64,000 nt of DNA from NCBI RefSeq assembly GCF_009914755.1, contig NC_060925.1. One strand, 5' to 3'. This DNA is from the human T2T-CHM13v2.0 reference genome, Homo sapiens. The translations under genes were made by a program, and so were the position numbers. The notes below the pieces were generated by a model, which saw only the letters and a program-made list of their open reading frames with translations, was not told the origin of the DNA and ran no database searches. Positions 12,931 through 28,042 of the stretch are shown here, in pieces; the first letter of the stretch is position 1; every line of letters starts with the position of its first letter.

Positions 12931-14919
12931 AAAGTCCACATGCAAAAATCAGTAATGTTTCTATATAGCAATAATGAAACAGTTGAAAAAGAAAGCAAGA
13001 AGTGATCCCATTTTAAATAACTACAAAAAATAGTTAGGAATAAATATAATCATGAGGTGAAAGACGTCTGCAAGAAAAACTGTAAAAGATTATGAAAAAA
13101 TTGAAGAGGATGCAAACAAATGGGAAAACTTTTCATGATGATGTATCAAAAGAGCTAATATTGTTAAAATGACCATACTAACAAAGCAATCTACAGATTC
13201 AATTGAATCTCTATCTAAATACCAATGTCACTTCTCACAGCAATAGAAAAAGCAATCCTAAAATTGATACAGAATCAAAAAAGAACCCAAATAGCCAAAG
13301 AAATCTTGCACAAAGACAACAAGGGTGGAGACATCATACTACCCAACTTCAAAATTTATTACAAGACTAGAACAACCAAAACAATATAGTAAAGGGAAAA
13401 AAAATGCACAAAAAAACAGACACAAAGACCAATGGAACAGGATAGAAAGCCCATCAAAAAACCCACACACTTAATTACCAACTCATTTTCAAGAAAACTG
13501 CCAAGAACATACACTGAGGAAAGAATATCCTCTTCAATAAATGATGTTGGAAAAACTGGATATTATATGCAGAAGAATGGAACTAGACTTCTATATCTCA
13601 CCATATACAAAAATCAACTCAAAATGGATTAAAGACTTAAACATAAGACCTGGTATTATAAAACGACTAGAAGAAAACATAGGTGATACACTACAGGACT
13701 TTGGTCTATGCAAAGATTTTTATAGCTAACACTTCAAAAGCAAAGGCAACAAAAGCAAAAATAGACAAATGGGACTATATTAAACTAAAAACTTTCTGCA
13801 CAACAGAGCAAACAATCAACAAAGTAAAGAGACGACTTGTTGAATGGGAGATGACATTTACAAAATATTCATCTGGAAAGGGACTAATATCCAAATATAC
13901 TTGAAATTCAAACAATGCAAAGAAATAAAAACAAATAATCTTATTAAAAAGAAGCAAAGGACATGAACAGACATTTCTTAAAAGAAGACATACAAATGGC
14001 CTGCAGGTATTTAAGATAAAACATTCACCATCACTAATCATCAGGGAAATGCAAATCAAAATCACAATTAAGCATCATCTTAACCCAGTTAGAATGACTA
14101 TTACAAAAAATACACAAAATAAGAGGCACTGATGAGGACACAGAGAAAAGGGAACTCTTATATACTGCTGATGGGAATGTATATTAGTAGCACCATTATG
14201 GAAACCAGTATGGATATTTCTCCAAAGACTAAAATTAGAACTAGAATACAATCTAGCAATTCCACTACTGGGTATTTATCCAAAGGAAAGGAAATCAGTA
14301 TATCAAAGTAATACCTGTACCCTCATGTTTATTGCAGCCTCACAATGGCAAAGATATGGAATCAACTTAAGTGTCCATCAATGGATGAGGGGATAAAGAA
14401 AATGTAGTATATATACACAATAGAATACTATTCAGCCATAAAAAAACACTGAAATCTTGTCATATGCAGCAACATGGATGGATCTGGAATCCATTATATT
14501 AAGTGAAATAAGCCAGGCATAAAAAGACAGGCATGTTCTTACTAATACAGGAGCTACAATCATTGATCTCATAGAAGTAGAGAGTAGAATGATAGTTACA
14601 AGAAGCTGGGAATAGTGCATTCATTGTGGGGGGTGAGGGTGGATGAAGAGACGTTGATTAAATAAACATAAAGTTTGATAGAAGGAAAAAGTTATAATGT
14701 TTGATAGCAGAATAGGGTTACTATAGTTAACAACAATATGTTGTGTATTTCAAAATAGCAAGAAGAGAGGACTTGAAATGTTCCCAACACATAGAAATGA
14801 CAAATATTTGAGGTGCTAGATACCCTAACTATCCTGGCTTGCCCATTGTACATTTTATGCTTATAATGAAATATCATGTATACCCCATTAAAATGTACAA
14901 ATATTATGTATTAATAATT

Positions 14920-15790
14920 TTTAAGATTTGTATATATTTAAGGTGTACAAAATTTTGTTTTGATATACTTAAGTATTGTGAAATGATTACCATGGTCAAG
15001 TTAATTAATATATCCATCACCTCACATAGATACTGTTTTGAATGATAAGAATACGTAAGATCTATTGTCTGAACATATTTCAAGTATGAAATACATTATT
15101 ATTATCTATAGTTACCATGCTGTACATTAGGACTCCAGAATTTATCTTATCACTGAAACTGCATTTTTAATCAATATCTCCTAATTTTCCCCAACACTCA
15201 ACTCCTAGCAACCACTCTTCTCTACTTACATGACTTCAACTTTTTTAGATTCCACATACAAGTGACATCACACAGTATTTGTCTCTTTGTGACTGACTTA
15301 TTTCACTTAGCATAATGTCTCCAGGTTCTTTTATGTTATCCCAAATGTCAGGAATTCCTTCTTTCTGAATGCTGAATGATATTCCACTGCGTATCTGTGT
15401 GTGTGTATGTATGTATGTATGTATGTGTTACACACTTTCTTTACCCACTCATCCGTCAATAGACATTTAGGTGGTTTCCAATCTTGGCTATTGTGAATAA
15501 TGCTGCAATTAACATGACAGTGCAGATATATTTTTTAAAAGGTGGTGACTTAATTTCCTTCGGGTATTTTCCTAGAAAATGAATTTCTGTGTCATATGGT
15601 AGTTCTAGTTTTAACTTTTTAGAAACCTCCATAATGTTTTCCATAATGACTGTACCAATTTCCATTCCCAAAATCGATGTATAAGGGTTAGCTTTCTCCA
15701 CATCTTCACCAACACATATTATCTTTTGACTTTTTGACAATAGTCATCCTAACAGGTATGAGGTAATATCTCACTGTTTTGATTTTCATT
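14920..15790 (-). mobile_element. L1MA8/9-like 3' fragment
   Basis: TGTGAAATGATTACCATGGTCAAG...ATCCATCACCTCACATAG 3'UTR; the minus-strand ORF 15456-15740 resembles the ORF2 C-terminus ([16 protein letters not shown]). Confidence 0.85.
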
Positions 15791-15791
15791 C

Positions 15792-16497
<706 letters not shown>

Positions 16498-16499
16498 TG

Positions 16500-17240
16500 A
16501 AAAAGAAAAGCCCTTCTGAATAGATGACATTTAGGCTGAGATCTGTAAAAGACAGAAAAAGGCAGCCGACTGGACCCTATGAAGATCCACTTAGAGTGGA
16601 TATTCCGCTCACTGCTGGAAGTAATGATGACTGAGAACTCTCAGTCATTAGGCCCCTCTGGAAATGTTCTTTACTGGAAAGACCTTTCTTGCCCAATCAC
16701 ACTACTTCCATGAGCATCTTGCATTCCCTAACAATTAATGATGCAGAATAAAGTCCTGACCTCCTTGATCCAATTCCAGACAACGCTTAGGGCTCTCGAT
16801 TTCCCTATGAGGCCACTTAAGGACTTTACTGAGGTTGTGTTGAAGCCCAACTTCTCTTTGTGCCTAATCTTGCTTTCCTGTCTTGCAAAACATTGACCCT
16901 GACAGCACTCCCTGATAAACTCTCTGCATCTTAATTTTCACCTCAGAGCCTGTTTCCTGGGAAACTTATCTGCAACAGTAGCTATGGCATGATTAGAGCG
17001 ATGAACATTCCAGGAAGAGGAGACTGGTAGTGCTAGGGCTGCTAAGGCTTTTCAAGTAGGAAGGACAAGCAAAAAAAAAAAAAAAAAAAAAGAGTTAAGG
17101 GCTAGAGTTTAATTGTACTGAAAAATGGCTTAACTCGAGGTCAGAAAATTAGGCTGGGGGAGGCCAGTGTTAGATCATGTAGGCTGTGTAAGCCAGGATA
17201 TGAATGTTTGATTTTTCAATGTGATGGAAAATGAGTTATA
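16500..17240 (-). mobile_element. L2 fragment interrupted by LTR16
   Basis: GATGACATTTAGGCTGAGATCTG and AACATTCCAGGAAGAGG are typical L2 text. Confidence 0.6.
16565..16977 (+). mobile_element. LTR16-like ERVL solo LTR
   Basis: 3' end CACTCCCTGATAAACTCTCTGCA...CTCAGAGCCTGTTTCCTGGGAAAC...CAACA. Confidence 0.7.
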
Positions 17241-18294
17241 TTTTACTTTTAAATTAATATTTTAAAAATCAATAAAAATCAATCCAAAGTAAAGATGAAA
17301 ACATGCAAATAAATATTTACCCAGAGAATTAAAAATACCTGAAAAAGGGAAAAATGGAAGTTTCTCTCGTCAAAGCAATAAACAAAAGGGATAATTATTT
17401 ATTATTCATTATTCATCTATGATTTAGTTTTAATGAAAGAATTACTGAGACAATGATTGTGATAAATGAGTATTTGAAAAATTCTTGTTGATGTCTTCAT
17501 GTACTTTTAAATTGAGTTCTTTTGAATGAGCATATTCTTTGCAAACAATACCAAGACGGCTGACCCTCTAAATATGGCAACCTAATGGGAACTAATACTT
17601 AAATAGAACTTAAAATCTACAATGTTCAATACTGTCAAGCTGTGCATGTACGCCTGCAAAGAATGAGTCTTTTCTCTGTCAAGCACAAGATAAAGAAACC
17701 TCTGCAATACAAGGCTTGTATGGCTTTATCAACAATGGGTTCCATTCAAAAGCAGAGGAATCTGACGGAAAAGATGTTTGAGAAGTGGGATTTGGAGAAT
17801 TTTATAAATTTCTCGTTTCATTTCTTTCCACTTAAAGACAATTCTAATAGCTTGCTTCTGCCCTATATGATAAGATACTATTGAGCTTTTAACCTTGACG
17901 GAGAGTGAAACTGCAATCTCATTGTGTAGGAGGCTTCCCACCGAGTGCCACTAGCAACTTAAAATTCTTGCTCAAGTGGAAAGATGAAAGTTCTTGGCAA
18001 ATTTCATCAAGAAAAGTCAAACATTAGATTTCTGGGACTTAAAGACGGAATTATATTAAAATTTCAATAAACTCTGTACATGCACTACTAATATTAAGAT
18101 TTCAGTCATTTAAGCTATGCGAAAATGTAATTCTGATGGATGTTAATTACTTTCAACCCATGTACTTAATGAACCAGAGTCTATAAACACACAGATGAAA
18201 AATACTTTACCTCATTTATTCATCAACTCAGTTTTAGATCTTTGTAAAATGAGTTCACTGTAAACACAGTTGGTCCTTATTAATAATGAGGGGG

Positions 18295-18475
18295 AAACTA
18301 ACCTATGTGTAGAACTGTTTACAAGATATTTTCATAGACATTTTATTTACTGTTATAATGACACTACGAAGCAACAAAAGAAAAATCAATATTATTCCCA
18401 CTTTACAGATGAGGAACAAGTTCAGTGACCTCAGATAGCTTATTCAACATCACATAGTTGGGAAAACGTCAAAGA
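18295..18475 (-). mobile_element. MIR SINE
   Basis: ATTATTCCCACTTTACAGATGAGGAA core. Confidence 0.7.
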
Positions 18476-18857
18476 GAGAGGTAAAATATATGTGTGTTTC
18501 TTTTGACATTCTATGCAGATATGAAGCATTCTTAGAAATCCACACCAGAATTGTTACTGGGTAGATCACTTCCACCAAACACTACTGACACCTTAGAATA
18601 CTACCTCAGACAGAGAGTTAAAGATACCTATTAGATATTATCAGAAAAATCAGACATTAGATACTTATAGCTGCTGTGCTGTGGAAACATTTTTTTTAAG
18701 TAGTCACTTGTGCTACTTGATTTCAGCCTGCTTGGTTAACAATAATTTATTCTTTCAATATCTCTTCTTTAATATCTGAAGCTTTTTTAAAGTGGAGGAT
18801 AAATGTAATTATCTGTGAAAGATGTAATACGTGTGCTTAACTGTATATCACTCAGCA

Positions 18858-19033
18858 GAAAAGGGGATTAACTAAACAGGCACAAGGGAACTTTTGGGAA
18901 AAATAGAAAAGTTTTAAAATTGGATTGTAATGAAGGTTGCACAACACTATAAATTTACTAAGATCACTGAATTGTAATCTTACAATGCGAATTTTATGGT
19001 ATGTAAATTGTATTTCAATAAAGCTGTTAAAAA
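18858..19033 (+). mobile_element. Old L1 (L1MB/L1MC-like) 3' terminus
   Basis: GGTTGCACAACACTATAAATTTACTAA...ATGGTATGTAAATTGTATTTCAATAAAGCTG. Confidence 0.75.
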
Positions 19034-19616
19034 GAGAGCATAAAAATGGGGGAAATGTATATTACTGTTAAATTTCAATAAATATAAATATATTAATATA
19101 CATAAATTAATGTTGGATTTGAAGGAAAGAGAAATACAAAGTCAGAGTCCTGAATTTATGAAAATTGACACTTGGGACCTAAAGAAAGAACACAAAAGAG
19201 AAGTGATGTTACCATGGAACATTCTGCAGCATTTTTCCTATTACATCACACGGTGGCAAAACGATGACCTAATCTGATCCTAACAAGGTCTCCATTTTAT
19301 ACTCTCTCGAGGAAAAACAAGCATGAAGAAGGGAGACGATTTATCAAGATCACAGAACTAGTCTCATTGATGGATTTCACACTCAGTCCTTAGAATATAA
19401 ATCCTGCATTCCAAAGAAGGTAGATTTGTTCTTTAGCCCTCTGGTAGTATTCTATTATTTCTAAATATTTACTCATTGAGTAAACTTTTATTGAGTAACT
19501 TATATACCAGACATGAGTAGCCATACAGCTATTGTGTGTAGTCCCATAAAGCAGAAATTGTTATTGTGATTTTAGTGCAATATGATTCTCCCCGGACCTC
19601 ACCAGCTTATGGGGGC

Positions 19617-20082
19617 TGTATCAGTCAAGATTCTCCAGAAGAATAGAATTAATAGAATATGCATAAATATATCCAAAGAGATTTATTATGAGGAATTGGC
19701 TCACCGGATTATGGAGGCTGAGAAGTTCCACCATTTGTTAACTGCAAGCTGGAGACCCAGGAAAGCTGGTGGTGTAGCTCCAGTTCAAGCCCAAATGCTT
19801 AAGAACCAGGAACACCAATGCCCAAAGGCAGGAGGAGGTTGCTATCCCAGAACAGAGAAAGCCTGTATTTGCCGTTTCTCTGCCTATTTTTCTACACAGG
19901 CCCTCAAAAGATTGGAGGATGCCTGCCAACATTGGTATGGGTAGATTTTTCACTCAGCACATCAATTCATATGCTAATCTCTCCTGAAAACACCCTCATA
20001 GACACACCCAGAAATAATGTTTCACCACGTGTCTGGGTATTCCTTAGCCCAGTCAAGTTGTCAAATAAAATTAACCATCACA
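19617..20082 (-). mobile_element. MLT2 (D-like) ERVL solo LTR
   Basis: TGTA...CACA termini; GAGATTTATTATGAGGAATTGGCTCAC; CCCAGTCAAGTTG..AAAATTAACCATCACA. Confidence 0.88.
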
Positions 20083-20728
20083 GGAACAAACAAAGTCATA
20101 TAAACAATATTAGCTCAAATTCTCATGCTCTTGTTAACACTTACATCACAGGATCCGAAATAATTGCCAAGGCTTCTTTTTCAAAATATTTTTGAGAGTT
20201 CTGAAGGTTATACTCAAAGAGAAGCTCTGAGATGCTGCTTTACTCTTTCTCATGGGGCAGCAAAATCTGCATCTGGGCTCTTCAAATGTCAAAGCTGTAG
20301 AGTGGGCTCTGGTAAAATGGGCCAATATTTCTCAACCCCTTTTGTGTAAGAAATCCCAAGGCAATGTTGCTTTTCTATCAAGATTTTAAAATGTCTTTAG
20401 TAAAAAAAGTGGTTAAGTCTTTGTTTACTTTTCCTTCTAGTCCCAGACACAAGCAATTAGCCTTGAGTGAACTCATATGCCAGCCACCACTCTGAACTCA
20501 GGACCACTGCTTTCCACAACGACCAAGGCTTTGTTGGGAAGTACAGCCCATCATGACTGGCTTTGTCTCTGCTTATTAGGACCATCTAGGGGATTTCAGA
20601 GTTCCCCGCTCAATGAAACACCTAGTGATTCATTCATGATTCACCCCCATCAGTTCTCCACTCATGTTTACACAGTCTGAATCCCAGTTTAGATTGTGTT
20701 GTAGTCCAACTACATTAGTTATTCTGCT

Positions 20729-20950
20729 TGTGGTGGTGAATTTTAGGGGTCAGCTTGATTAACGAATGCTCACATAGCTGCTAAGGCATTATTCCTGGGT
20801 TGTCTATGAGGGTGTTTCCAGAAGAGACTGGCATTTACATCAGTGGACTAAGTGGTGAAGATTCACCCTCAATGCGGGTGGACAGCAACCAATCAGCTGA
20901 GGTCCCAGATGGAACAAAAAGGCAAGGGAAAGGCAAATAATGTTTTCTCT
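20729..20950 (+). mobile_element. MLT2 (B-like) LTR 5' fragment
   Basis: TGTGGTGGTGAATTTTAGGGGTCAGCTTGA...GAGGGTGTTTCCAGAAGAGACTGGCATT. Confidence 0.8.
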
Positions 20951-21679
20951 GGCTGTTAAGAGAAATCCACAGAGGTAAAGCACCGCATTCGTTGGAAAGC
21001 TCAGTAAATAGCAGTATTTACACAGTTCTTCATATAAGCTTTTAAAAAGCAGGTCACATAGCCAGACTACCCATCTAAATTTCATGATACATATAATTCA
21101 GAATTGTTACTACCCTTGGTTTAGAAGATTGCTAAATTATTTTCTTGATCTTATTTTTAAGCATGAAGAATCAATCCACACTTGGCCAAGTATTTTTATA
21201 TTAAACATATTTATAAGACCATAACATTTATAATTTTATAATATTGCCTACGCTTGGTCTCAATTTGTCTTACAGATGAAATCACTACTTCCCTGTGTTT
21301 GTTAAAAAATAACTTATAAAATCATATTTTTAAAATACATAACAATAGTTCCCAAATGATGCAAATCATTTTCATTTTTAATAATAATATATTTAAATGA
21401 AGATACAAATTGAGTCGGATTCTCCTGGAATTTAAATTCATAAGTTATTTAACTAGAAAAGTTGCATCAATAAGCACAAAACATTTAATAAAGGACCAAT
21501 AGCCTGTCAAGACTCTTAGGAAAGCAAAATAACATGAAATAAACTTAGAATACTAAAAAAACCTAACTTGTGGAAAAAATACATATTGTTTTTGATGGGT
21601 ATTATTTTTGATAAATATAGATGACAAAGTTTATTTCATTTGAATATAAACATATAATTATATTTTGGATGTTATTAAT

Positions 21680-22890
21680 TTACTCATTGATTTGACCAAT
21701 ATTTCCTGAGTCCCTGAGAAAGGCATCGTGCTAGGATCTGGGAGAGATTAAGTTAAATAAAAAAAGATGAAAATCCTACTTGCTTTCTGGTAAGGGAATG
21801 AACAAGAAACAAAATAATTAAAATAAATGTCAGATGGTGAAAAAGCACTGTGGGAAAAATAAAGCAGAGAGGGATGATGTAGAATGCTGGAGTAGTTATG
21901 ATTTAAGTAGAATGATCAGGATGGACTCATTGAAAAGGCAACATTTGTACAATGGCCTGAAGATGAGAGAGCCAGTCTTGGGACTACCTGGAAGAAGAGA
22001 AATTCAGGATGAGGAAAGAGCAATTGCAATAGCCCCGAAGCAGGAGCATGCTTGGTAAAAGGTCAGTGTAGATACGCTGAAGAATGGGGAAGAAAACCAA
22101 GAAGAAAGTCATATGGGGATGTGTGTGGTGGAGGACAAGGTGTGGATTTCTCGGGCATTTTAGGCCATTGTAAGAACTTTGACTTGAGGTCTGAGTTAGA
22201 TAGAAAAAGACACTGAGCAAGATAGGAGGGTTTTAAAGAAGTAACATGAACTGGTTTATATTTTTTAAAAATCATTCTGACCACTTCATTGAAAATAGAA
22301 TGCAGGAAGAAAAGGCAGAAGTGCTGAGACCAATGAGGAGGCTAAGAAAATAGAATACAAGAGAGAGGTGATACTGGAATGGATCAGAGCCACAGCCGTG
22401 GAATGTGAGAAAGGTGACAATGTATTTTAAAGGCAGAGCCAAGAGAATTACCATGCATATTGAATCAGATAGTAGGAGAAAAAGAGAAGGCAGAAATAAT
22501 GAGACAATTTTCAACTAGAGCAACTGAAAATATAAAGACAGAAGGGGAAGGAGGTCTCTGGATGCAGGTTGATGGGTTCCTGAGGGCGGTGGAAAATCAG
22601 AAAATCTATCTCTGGAAACGTGAAATTTAAGATTGCTATTACATAGACAAGTGAAGATGTAGAGTAGACAGCCTGGACTAGAAATTATGTGTATGTGACA
22701 GTTTTTGATAGATCAATTGATTGATTGATTGGCAGAATGATAGGCAGATACACACAGACAGGTTTTTAAGGTCATGTTACTGGATAAGATTACTAAGGCA
22801 GGAAGTTTAAGTAGCAAATAAAACAAAAGCAAGGACTGAGTCGTAGAGGAAGGCAAGTTAAGATGAGGAAATGGCAAAGAAAACTAAGAT
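21680..22890 (-). mobile_element. L2a LINE 3' portion
   Basis: Long colinear L2 text (TAGGCCATTGTAAGAACTTTG; GAAATTTAAGATTGCTATTACATAGACAAGTGAAGATGT). Confidence 0.8.
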
Positions 22891-23320
22891 AAAGTTACAA
22901 CACATATACATAAAAAATTGCCCAAACAAGAAAACGTTCTGTCCCTCCTAACCTCAAAGGGCTGAAACATCTTCACAATGTTGCCATAAGTTACCCAAAG
23001 ATAAGGGGAAGGCACCCGGCTAGAACTGGGCACCATTGTCTCACCTTATAAGAAACACGAAACTACATGTTCCAGTCATCTCAGTGGACAAACTCTTCTA
23101 GCTCATTCCAGGAAAGGGTGTCAGGTTACACTGAAGATCAATAACTCAAATGTGTGATCACGAGATAGAACTAGTTCAGTCACCAAAACATTCATATTCA
23201 TTCAACGAATAATGACTGAGAGCCAGGTATGTAAGTCACTGTCCCAGGTGATGAATTCGGAGTTCTTATTAAATTCAGAGCCTATTTCTCAGACTACAAA
23301 TGCAAAAGCATCCATAAGTA

Positions 23321-23647
<327 letters not shown>

Positions 23648-23707
23648 TTACAGTAATAGCAAAATGTTTTTGATCACTTAGTATATGCCAAGCACTATTT
23701 ACACAGA

Positions 23708-24273
23708 TTGCATTTTACAAAGATGACCACAAAAATATCTTCCACCCATAGGTCCTCCTGCAATGTGACCTTGCCCATTCTTAAATGAAGTCTAGTTCCC
23801 ATTTCCTTGGCATCTAGGCTGGATGTAGTGAACAGCTGGTAACTAAAAGAACATAGGGAAAGTGACTTCCTGTGAAATCTGAGGCTAGGTCAGAAAAGCC
23901 ACACATCTTCTACCTCGTTGTTTGGAATGCTTGCTTTCCACATACCCTCTCTGAAGATACTCCCTCTTGGAGCCCAGTCACCATGCTGCAAGAAGCACAC
24001 ACCAAGTGGAGAGAACACATGTGTAATCCCCAGTGGACACCACAGAGGAGCTTGCTATTCAAGTCATTACAACTACGTGTGTATATAAGGAACTCTGCAC
24101 ATGATTACACCACCAGCATTTGATGCATCCCTGGCTATTTGAGCCTTCTGGGCTGAGGTACCAGATATCCCCAGTTCCTAAACCACAGAATCTATGAGCA
24201 TAATACAATAGTTTGCATTTTATTCCACTAAATTTTAAAAGTGGTTTATTAAGCAGCAATAAATGACTGGATA
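23708..24273 (+). mobile_element. MLT1 (G/H-like) LTR inserted in a MIR (MIR pieces about 23650-23705 and 24280-24440)
   Basis: TGCAATGTGACCTTGCC; TGAGGCTAGGTCAGAAAAG; CCACAGAATCTATGAGCATAATA; CCACTAAATTT..GCAGCAATA. Confidence 0.75.
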
Positions 24274-26214
24274 AAGTTCGTTAACAGTTTTTATCATATA
24301 ATTTCATTTAATCTTCTAGAGAAACCTATTAGCCAGTTATTATTCTCTGCATTTTACAAAGGGAACCCAGCCTGAAAATAAAATGATTAATACAGCTAAT
24401 AAATGATAGAGCCACCATTCAAACACAATTACAGAATTGGAAATTGTAAAGACAGCATTATTATACATCCTTTGGGTAAGAAAATTCTGGTAGGCACTGA
24501 ATAAACATGAAAAGAATATATAAAATAACCCATATTTTGAGATTTCTGTAAACAATGTAAGAAGTCAAAACACATATATGTGACAACTGCTCTTATCTCA
24601 AAATCTTTAATTCAACAACTGGGCAAATGGTGCATTTATTCATTAATCAGACTTTCAATAAGTGGCCCCTGGGTGCCTAACATTGTATTAATCAGAAAAC
24701 CAGCCAAAGGTATAGGCAGAGAGAACAAAAAGTAGTGTAATGAAAGAGAGGGAACTTTCACAAATCACCCATTTGTCCTCTATTCTGGAAGTAAGGTATC
24801 TGAAACACTTTGTTAATAAAAGAAACAGATTTGTATTGTTAAAGGTTTGTGGAAATGATTCATCAAAGTGATACATGACTCATGCACAGAAAACTGGATT
24901 TTAAAAGAGTACATAAAGTATGGAAGAAATAACCAAAATATGTATGTATGTTCCTGGATGGGAGAGGAAATAAAGGAGAGATACAGAGAGGAGAGTATGC
25001 ATGGGATTGTTTCTGCAAAGAATAAATGTGTGGCAGTTAGCATTGTGCATGTTTAGAGCAATGGTTTATATGCATAGATTTAGGATTCTACTATCTATAT
25101 TTTTTAAATATCTTTCTACAAAATCTACATAGATTGTGAAGGAGAAACAGTTTTTCTCATATTCCTGGGAAGAATAAAGATCACCTTTGAAGACACAGAA
25201 AATGTTCATATCTCTTCTAGACTTTCAATGTTAAATAGCTCATTTTTTAAGTCAGAAAACATGAAAAAGTCCATGAAAATGGCAGTTAGAGCTGCAGTGC
25301 CCAGATTCTATGCTGCCTCTCAGTTTGTCCAGTGAACATCATGGGAGACTTTGTGTTTGGTCAGAATGCATTATCATTACCTGTCTTTAATCTCAACTCA
25401 TTTAAGATCTTAATTAGTGGAGATAGAAAGTGTGTGCAGGTGTGAGTGTGTGTATGGGTTATTTTAGCATATTGATATGTAGCAGAAATGAGATCTCAGT
25501 CAATTCCATTTTCCAGCTTTACAATGGAAATTTAAACACTGTTTGTTACAATGTTGCCATTGAAAATATTATTCCAATTTTATACAATACAAATTTATTT
25601 ATCTGAAACATTTTTCCTTCGAAGAAACTAAACTACTCACAAAAGTGTTCATTAACCCACATAACTCCAAGATACTGTGTCTTTATTTAGCTGAGCATTT
25701 GGTTCTTGAAAAGTAAGTCTTGTTGGCTCAGATGTTAGCATTGCAGCATTATTTGGAAATAAGCAGAAGGTTTGTAAACAGGGGGTTTAAAAAACTTAAA
25801 ACTTAAACTTCTAGCTGATGAGGGAGTGCCAACCAGCGTATGGAAAGATCAGTGTTGAGTCTAATTTTATTTGGTTCAGTTTATAGATGCGGTGAGTGAG
25901 GAGATGGAGAGTTTTGCAAGTACAAGTTAATGTTAATATGCAAAGTGGTTAAGATAATGTTTATCTCTCTAATCTATTAAAATTATTTTACTCCACACCC
26001 CAAGAAATAGGAAGAATAGTAATCATTTCATGATAATATTCACATTCGTGATATTAGCAAGTTAATGATGAATTTATACTCACTGTTATTGATCAAATGT
26101 GATTGATAACAATATTAACTAGAAAATGCTCACTTTGGGACCATTATTTAAAGTACATTCTGTGTTCTGTGTGGCTTTTTTTTTTCATTCTCCTCTGTCA
26201 GTATGAAATGCCTG

Positions 26215-26545
26215 ACATTCATTCATGAAGCATTTCTTAGATTCCCATTATGTGCCAGGCTCTCAGAGGCAAAAGCAAACAAGATACAGTTCTTTCCTCA
26301 AAGGATGTACAATTAAATAAAATATGGCAGGTTAGAAAATAAATATGTCCACTGAAAAGGCATAGATGCTGATATAAAACTGTGTAAGGAAACAATGGGG
26401 CACAAACTATAGAGCAAGTAACAGGTTTTACCTGGGCAGGCATCAGGAAGTGCTTTAGTAAGGAAGGAATTTTTGAGTGGCCTCTGAACAGGAATGTGCG
26501 ACAGGGAGCAATTCCAGGAAAGGCGTGGAGACACAGAATAACCCA
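26215..26545 (-). mobile_element. L2 3' fragment
   Basis: CATTCATTCA start; TATGTGCCAGGC; CAATTCCAGGAAAGG. Confidence 0.65.
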
Positions 26546-26589
26546 GCAAGGTTTCTCTGAAGAAAATAATCTACTGCTTTGTGTGGGTT

Positions 26590-26775
26590 CATGTGTGTGT
26601 GTGCTATATGATATATAGATAACATTACATATGACATATATTACAGATACTACTATATGTTTTATACATGACACACATCCATAATATGCGTAAATATATT
26701 TATAAAATCAATATACACAATAAATGGTTGTCTGTATATACATACATATACACACGTCAATAGATACATATATGG
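26590..26775. repeat. Low-complexity TA/CA-rich tract
   Basis: Degenerate (TG)/(TA)/(TACA) repeats. Confidence 0.6.
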
Positions 26776-27079
26776 ATTTTGTGTTGTTTAGAGCAAAGTA
26801 GTCACATTTTCATCAGCCTCTGGAATGCTATGATCACACATCCCTTCTTCGGCCCTCCCTTTCTGATTTGCTCCTCAGTTTAGTCGTTTAAAATGCTTAC
26901 CAGGTGTGCTCTCACATTTGACAGCAAAATAGTACCCAGACCCAGAAAATATTTGAAATTTAAATTTTTAATCCTGTTTTTAAGTCATTTACATGAAAAT
27001 CTAAAAATATCCTTTAAAAGAACATTACCCTATCGTTTTCTTAGAAGAGAATAAAACAGTACAGTAACTTTAGGTACTC

Positions 27080-27098
27080 TGGCGCCACCTTGTGGTTT
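27080..27098 (-). promoter_or_regulatory. CTCF binding motif
   Basis: Minus strand reads AAACCACAAGGTGGCGCCA, matching the core CCACNAGRKGGCGC; CpG retained; lies outside recognisable repeats. Confidence 0.7.
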
Positions 27099-27166
27099 CT
27101 TTTCATATGACACTGTCCCGGTAAATATTTTTTTAATTTGCTGTAGAAAACTTTAAAAATACTATA

Positions 27167-28042
27167 TCCAGAATCTACAAGGAACTTAAAAAAAATTACA
27201 AGAAAAAAATAACCTCATCAAAAAGTGGGCAGAGGATATGAACAGACACGTCTCGAAAGAAGACATGTGTGCAGCCATCAAACATGAAAAAAAGCTCAAC
27301 ATCACTGATCATTAGAGAAATGCAAATCAAAACCACAGTGAAGTACCATCTCACGCCAGTCAGAATGGTGATTATTAAAAAGCCAAGAAATAATGGATGC
27401 TGGTGAGGCTGTGGAGAAGAAGAAACACTTTTACACTGTTGGTGGGAATGTAAATTAGTTCAACCATTGTGGAAGACAGTGTGGCAATTCCTCAAGGATC
27501 TAGAACCAGAAATAACATTTGACCCAGCAATCCCATTACTGGGTATATACCCAGAGGATTATAAATCATTATACTATAAAGACACATGCACACGTATGTT
27601 TATTGCAGCACTATTTACAATGGCAAAGACTTGGAACCAACCCAAATGCCCATCAATGATAGACTGGATTAAGAAAATGTGGCACATGTACACCATGGAA
27701 TACTATGCAGACATAAAAAGGAATGAGATCATGTTCTTTTCAGGGACATGGATGAAGCTGGAAGCCATCATTCTCAACAAACTAACACAGAAGCATAAAA
27801 CAAAACACCGCATGTTCTCACTCATAAATGGGAGTTGAACAATGACACATAAGTGGGAGTTGAACAGGGACACAGTGATGGGAATAACACACACTGGGCC
27901 TGTTGGGGAGTGGGGGCGAGGGGAGGAAACCTAGAGAATGGGTCAAATAGGTGCAGCAAACCACCATAGCACACATATACCTGTGTAACAAACCTACACG
28001 TTCTGCGCAGGTATCCCAGAACTTAAAGTAAAATAAAATTTA
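27167..28042 (+). mobile_element. 5'-truncated L1PA (about PA8-PA13) element
   Basis: ORF2 C-terminal peptide 27467-27838 ([23 protein letters not shown]); L1PA 3'UTR; TSD AAAAATACTATA at 27155-27166 and 28043-28054. Confidence 0.93.

Noticed and set aside
17071-17091. Isolated A21 tract
   Set aside because: No TSD or upstream retro-sequence is present; most likely a mononucleotide expansion.
18211-18257. Possible 47-nt minus-strand exon (CAG|...GAG|GTAAAG; ELILQRSKTELMNK*)
   Set aside because: The polypyrimidine tract is weak, the peptide is unrecognisable, and such site pairs arise by chance.
25920-26120. Several GTTAAT HNF1-like half sites
   Set aside because: There is no full palindrome, and such sites are expected by chance in very AT-rich DNA.
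26237-26674. 145-aa minus-strand ORF
   Set aside because: It spans L2 and low-complexity DNA and has no protein-like features.
27823-27866. Short local duplications (also 4679-4722, 34034-34070, 44730-44761, 54037-54084)
   Set aside because: Ordinary slippage duplications, not repeat-spacer (CRISPR-like) arrays.
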